A stretch of 64,000 nucleotides of DNA from Candidatus Cyclobacteriaceae bacterium M2_1C_046 (lineage in GTDB: Bacteria > Bacteroidota > Bacteroidia > Cytophagales > Cyclobacteriaceae). The stretch is from NCBI GenBank assembly GCA_051418055.1, contig JBPRGH010000136.1, positions 24,507 to 88,506 on the forward strand. Reading direction: 5' to 3'. Each line of letters starts with the position of its first letter. Position 1 is the first letter of the stretch. Both the position numbers and the translations under genes were made by a program. Positions 60,549 through 64,000 of this stretch are shown piece by piece. The notes under the pieces are model-generated. The model worked only from the letters and a program-made list of their open reading frames with translations. It was not told where the DNA came from and did no database searches.

Positions 60549-61568
60549 ATGCATAAAGAGTCAGCCAATATGCAGATCCTTGTGATCGAAGATAACATTG
60601 GAGATTTTATTCTAATTGAAGATTATCTAATCGAGGAGCTGCCGGGTGTGAAAATAGACCATGTAACAACTTTTGGCGCCGCTAAAGATATTTTAACAGA
60701 TGAAAAAAAGTACGATGCAATACTCCTTGATCTTTCCTTGCCGGATAATAGTGGCGAAAAGCTTGTAAAAGAAATTGTTGAATTAGTCGATACAGAACCA
60801 ATAATCGTACTCACCGGATTTGCCGATAAGGAGTTTAGCATTAGAACTCTCTCTATGGGAATTTCTGATTATTTGCTAAAGGATGAATTGGCATCATCAT
60901 TTTTGTATAAAAGCATAACGTATAGCATTGAACGCAAGCGTGTAAATCATCAAATAAAGGAGTCGGAAGAGAAATATCGTGCGTTATTTAATTTTAGTCC
61001 TCAGCCCATGTGGGTTTATGATTTTTTTACATTAAAATTTTTAAATATAAATCAGGCCGCTATTGAACATTATGGTTATACAAGAGAAGAATTTCTTAAT
61101 ATGACCATCAAGGATATTAGACCAGAACAAGATATACCTTATTTGGAAAAGGCCCTTGAGATACAGGAGAGGCAGACTTCGTATAATGCAGGGGTTTTCA
61201 AACATCTTAAAAAAAATGGCGAAATAATAGAAGTAGATATTAAAAGTACATTAGTGGATTTTCAAGATAGATCAGCAAGGCTTGTGGTTGCCACCGATGT
61301 GAGTGAGCGGATGGAGTATATTCGTGAAATTGAAAAGCAAAATGAAACATTGCATGATATAGCCTGGACACAATCTCATGTTGTGCGGGCACCGTTGGCA
61401 CGAATTATGGGGCTGATAAATATCCTTAAATCAGAACAAGAAAATGATGAGATAAAAAATTATTCAGTGGTTATAAATCATATTCTTGACTCAGCTCATG
61501 AGTTGGATAAAATAGTAAGAGGAATCGTACAGAAGACCCATAGTGTAGAAAAAGAAATGAATAAATAG
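60549..61568 (+). CDS. REC-PAS protein ending in an H-box/DHp-like segment without an ATPase domain
   Basis: The REC domain is paralogous to that of the 57117 protein. PAS module (FNFSPQPMWVYD...YGYTREEF). C-terminal SHVVRAPLARIMGL plus one more helix, then the stop. The start may be the internal ATG at 60570 (MQILVIEDN). Confidence 0.8.
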   Translation: MHKESANMQILVIEDNIGDFILIEDYLIEELPGVKIDHVTTFGAAKDILTDEKKYDAILLDLSLPDNSGEKLVKEIVELVDTEPIIVLTGFADKEFSIRTLSMGISDYLLKDELASSFLYKSITYSIERKRVNHQIKESEEKYRALFNFSPQPMWVYDFFTLKFLNINQAAIEHYGYTREEFLNMTIKDIRPEQDIPYLEKALEIQERQTSYNAGVFKHLKKNGEIIEVDIKSTLVDFQDRSARLVVATDVSERMEYIREIEKQNETLHDIAWTQSHVVRAPLARIMGLINILKSEQENDEIKNYSVVINHILDSAHELDKIVRGIVQKTHSVEKEMNK

Positions 61569-61638
61569 CTGAAAGGAGTAAAAAATCAACGTCCTTCATT
61601 ATTCCTCCTATTTTTAGGAATTTCTGGTTTTGAGACTA

Positions 61639-61938
61639 TTAAGCATTTGCTTTAAATAAATTCCTCAGCTGATTTTCATTCGCCACTCCAGCCTGCCTCC
61701 AGATAATTTCGCCTTCTTTAAAAAGAATAAGAGTGGGTATACTTCTTACATTATATTTACTTGCTGCTTTTGAGTTTTTATCCACATCGACCTTTATCAC
61801 TCTTACCTTACCGGAAAATTCTTTTGAAACCTTCTCCAGTATAGGATTCTGCATTTTACATGGCCCGCACCAGTCGGCATAAAAATCCACTAATACGGGT
61901 GTTTTTTGCTTGATAAGTTCCTGAAATGTCGTCTTCAT
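61639..61938 (-). CDS. trxA: Thioredoxin
   Basis: WCGPC active site and typical length. Confidence 0.9.
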   Translation of the reverse strand: MKTTFQELIKQKTPVLVDFYADWCGPCKMQNPILEKVSKEFSGKVRVIKVDVDKNSKAASKYNVRSIPTLILFKEGEIIWRQAGVANENQLRNLFKANA

Positions 61939-62040
61939 ACCTTTTAAATGATTAACCTCCCTATAATAAAATTTTAAAGACCCTATATTTGTTCTTATCC
62001 GTATTATAAAAACGTTAACTATCGTTTACCGTAAGAGTAG

Positions 62041-64000
62041 ATGGAATGGCATTTTCAAATGAGATATATACAATATAGTTTAGTAGTAATAATAATTTTT
62101 TTATCCTTTCATTCTAAAGGACAGATCCTGCAGCCGGCCAGCTGGGAAACTTCAACTTCAAAAGAAACTGTTAAGGTTGGAGAAGAGCTGGATCTGGTTT
62201 TTAAAGCTGAGATAGATCAGAATTGGTATTTGTATTCCTCAGACTTTGATCCTGAATGCGGGCCTATAGTTGCTTCCTGGGAATTTGTCCCTAATGATAC
62301 TTATGAGCGTATTGGGGATATAAAACCAATAAATCCTAAAACCAAATATGATGAGATCTTTGAATGTGAGGTAAGGATATTTAGGAATACAGGAGAATTC
62401 AGGCAGACAGTAAAAGTACTTAAACCCGAATTAATAGTTGAAGGTAATTTTGAGTATCAGGTGTGCTCAGATATTGATGGCAAATGCATCAATTTTGACG
62501 AGGATTTTATTTTTGATGAAATACAAGTGACAGGTGCCGCCGAAAAGCAGCCCGAGAAAAAGCAACCGGAAAAGAAAGAGCCTCAAAAGAAAAAAACAGC
62601 GCCTGCTGAATCCCCGCAAAAAGAACAACCTGCTGATGAAAAGCAGGCGGATAAAGAGGAAAAGCAGGGGTTTACTATAGCAGAAGAGGAAGATACTGTA
62701 GCCGTTGATGTTGTACCTGATTCTGAATTGCGGGGTCCGGTGTTAGAAGGAGATCTTGCTGTTGAAGGAGATCAGGATGCTTCTATTATCTGGTTTATGA
62801 TTGCAGCATTCCTTGCAGGACTGGCTGCCTTGCTGACTCCTTGCGTATTTCCTATGATCCCTATGACCGTGACATATTTCACAGGTAAGCCAAAGGGATT
62901 ATTTTTAGCGTTGGGTTATGGGGTAACTATAATTATCATATATACAATTATAGGGGCGGCTATTGCTCCGCTTATGGGCCCGGAAACAGCAAATCATTTG
63001 GCTACGGAATGGTTGCCTAATATCATCTTCTTTTTGATCTTCTTTATTTTCGCCCTTTCATTTTTTGGCCTTTTTGATATTACCCTTCCGTCGCGTTTTG
63101 TGAATAAGATGGACAGAAAAGCCGATAAAGGAGGACTTGTAGGTGTATTCTTTATGGCCTTTACACTGGTGCTGGTATCTTTCTCATGTACAGGGCCTAT
63201 TGTAGGCAGTATCCTGGTTACATCTGCCGGTGGCGAGGTGCTTAAACCTATTATGGGAATGTTAGCATTTTCATTAGCCTTCGCCATTCCATTTACCCTT
63301 TTTGCTATTTTCCCGGGCTGGTTAAGCAATCTTCCGAAATCAGGGGGTTGGCTTAATTCTGTAAAAGTGGTCCTGGGGTTTTTGGAGCTTGCTTTGGCAT
63401 TCAAATTTTTAAGTATTGCCGATCAGGCTTTTCATTGGGGTATCCTTGACAGGGATGTGAATATTGCCATCTGGATTGTAATATTCACATTAATGGGTTT
63501 TTACCTGCTTGGAAAGATCCATCTGCCCCATGACAGTAAGACGGATTTTGTGAGTGTTCCCCGGCTGATGCTGGCGATCGTAACTTTTTCTTTTGTGGTC
63601 TATCTCATACCAGGATTATGGGGCGCACCTTTAAAGGCACTTGCCGGATATCTTCCACCAATGCATACCCACGATTTTGATCTTATAGGATTAGCCCGTC
63701 CTGCTGATGAGATAAAATATCCTGAATGTGAAGAACCTAAATATGCAGACTTTCTTCACCTGCCGCATGGGCTGAATGGCTATTTTGATTATGAGCAGGC
63801 AATGGAATGTGCACGTGCCGTTGATAAACCATTATTTATTGATTTTACAGGTCACGGCTGTACCAACTGTCGTGAGATGGAAGCCGTAGTTTGGTCAGAT
63901 CCGGCAGTGCTGTCACGGTTGAAGGAAAATTTTGTAATTGTGGCGCTTTATATAGACGATAAGACCGTTCTGCCAGAGGACCAGTGGTATGTTTCAACAT
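62041..64000 (+). CDS. dsbD: Thiol:disulfide interchange protein DsbD family (3'-truncated by the window end)
   Basis: Absent from the ORF track. I checked the frame codon by codon and it stays open from the in-frame TAG at 62038-62040 to position 64000. It has an N-terminal domain with VCSDIDGKC, TM cysteines (LTPCVFPMIP, FSCTGPIVG) and a C-terminal thioredoxin-like GHGCTNC. The start is ATG 62041 or ATG 62059. Confidence 0.85.
   Translation, partial: MEWHFQMRYIQYSLVVIIIFLSFHSKGQILQPASWETSTSKETVKVGEELDLVFKAEIDQNWYLYSSDFDPECGPIVASWEFVPNDTYERIGDIKPINPKTKYDEIFECEVRIFRNTGEFRQTVKVLKPELIVEGNFEYQVCSDIDGKCINFDEDFIFDEIQVTGAAEKQPEKKQPEKKEPQKKKTAPAESPQKEQPADEKQADKEEKQGFTIAEEEDTVAVDVVPDSELRGPVLEGDLAVEGDQDASIIWFMIAAFLAGLAALLTPCVFPMIPMTVTYFTGKPKGLFLALGYGVTIIIIYTIIGAAIAPLMGPETANHLATEWLPNIIFFLIFFIFALSFFGLFDITLPSRFVNKMDRKADKGGLVGVFFMAFTLVLVSFSCTGPIVGSILVTSAGGEVLKPIMGMLAFSLAFAIPFTLFAIFPGWLSNLPKSGGWLNSVKVVLGFLELALAFKFLSIADQAFHWGILDRDVNIAIWIVIFTLMGFYLLGKIHLPHDSKTDFVSVPRLMLAIVTFSFVVYLIPGLWGAPLKALAGYLPPMHTHDFDLIGLARPADEIKYPECEEPKYADFLHLPHGLNGYFDYEQAMECARAVDKPLFIDFTGHGCTNCREMEAVVWSDPAVLSRLKENFVIVALYIDDKTVLPEDQWYVST

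Noticed and set aside
62994-63404. 136-aa minus-strand ORF
   Set aside because: It lies entirely antisense to the well-supported DsbD-family frame, which has conserved Cys motifs. It is a shadow ORF.
1-64000. Searched for CRISPR arrays, transposases, integrases, phage genes, toxin-antitoxin pairs and known defence-system hallmarks (nucleases with ATPases, reverse transcriptases, cyclases, and so on)
   Set aside because: I found none on either strand. The window reads as core chromosome, so I do not claim a defence or mobile system.

Overview
This is an AT-rich chromosomal segment with typical Bacteroidota content: gldD/gldE gliding genes, TonB-dependent receptor plus DUF4249 lipoproteins, a Y_Y_Y propeller sensor, and many lipoprotein signal peptides. 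Most of the window is ordinary core genome. It holds mltF, phoD, prmA-tpiA, recG, gldD-gldE-ssb, an RND efflux operon, mutY, HU, RNase G, nth, an ECF-type sigma factor, uvrA, gdhA, an M20 peptidase, trxA and a 3'-truncated dsbD. I found no rRNA or tRNA genes, CRISPR arrays, transposases, integrases, prophage genes or recognisable defence systems, so I cannot point to a clear-cut novel system. These are the parts I judge least explained by known biology. (1) A minus-strand outer-membrane module at 42.7-49.9 kb: a TonB-dependent receptor flanked by two DUF4249 lipoprotein paralogues and coupled to an MG2/Plug-like secreted protein, next to a sensor that has no output domain. (2) A five-gene signalling island at 54.4-61.6 kb, apparently duplicated, with receiver-led kinases, a kinase-like protein lacking its ATPase domain, and no DNA-binding output. 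(3) A dense DnaA-box cluster in the 1775-2114 intergenic region. (4) An ORF for a 29-aa hyperbasic peptide that is absent from the ORF track and looks like a small ribosomal protein. (5) A 1614-aa exported protein with tryptophans spaced about seven residues apart in a polyacidic tract. All domain calls come from motif recognition by eye, not from searches, and need HMM or BLAST confirmation.
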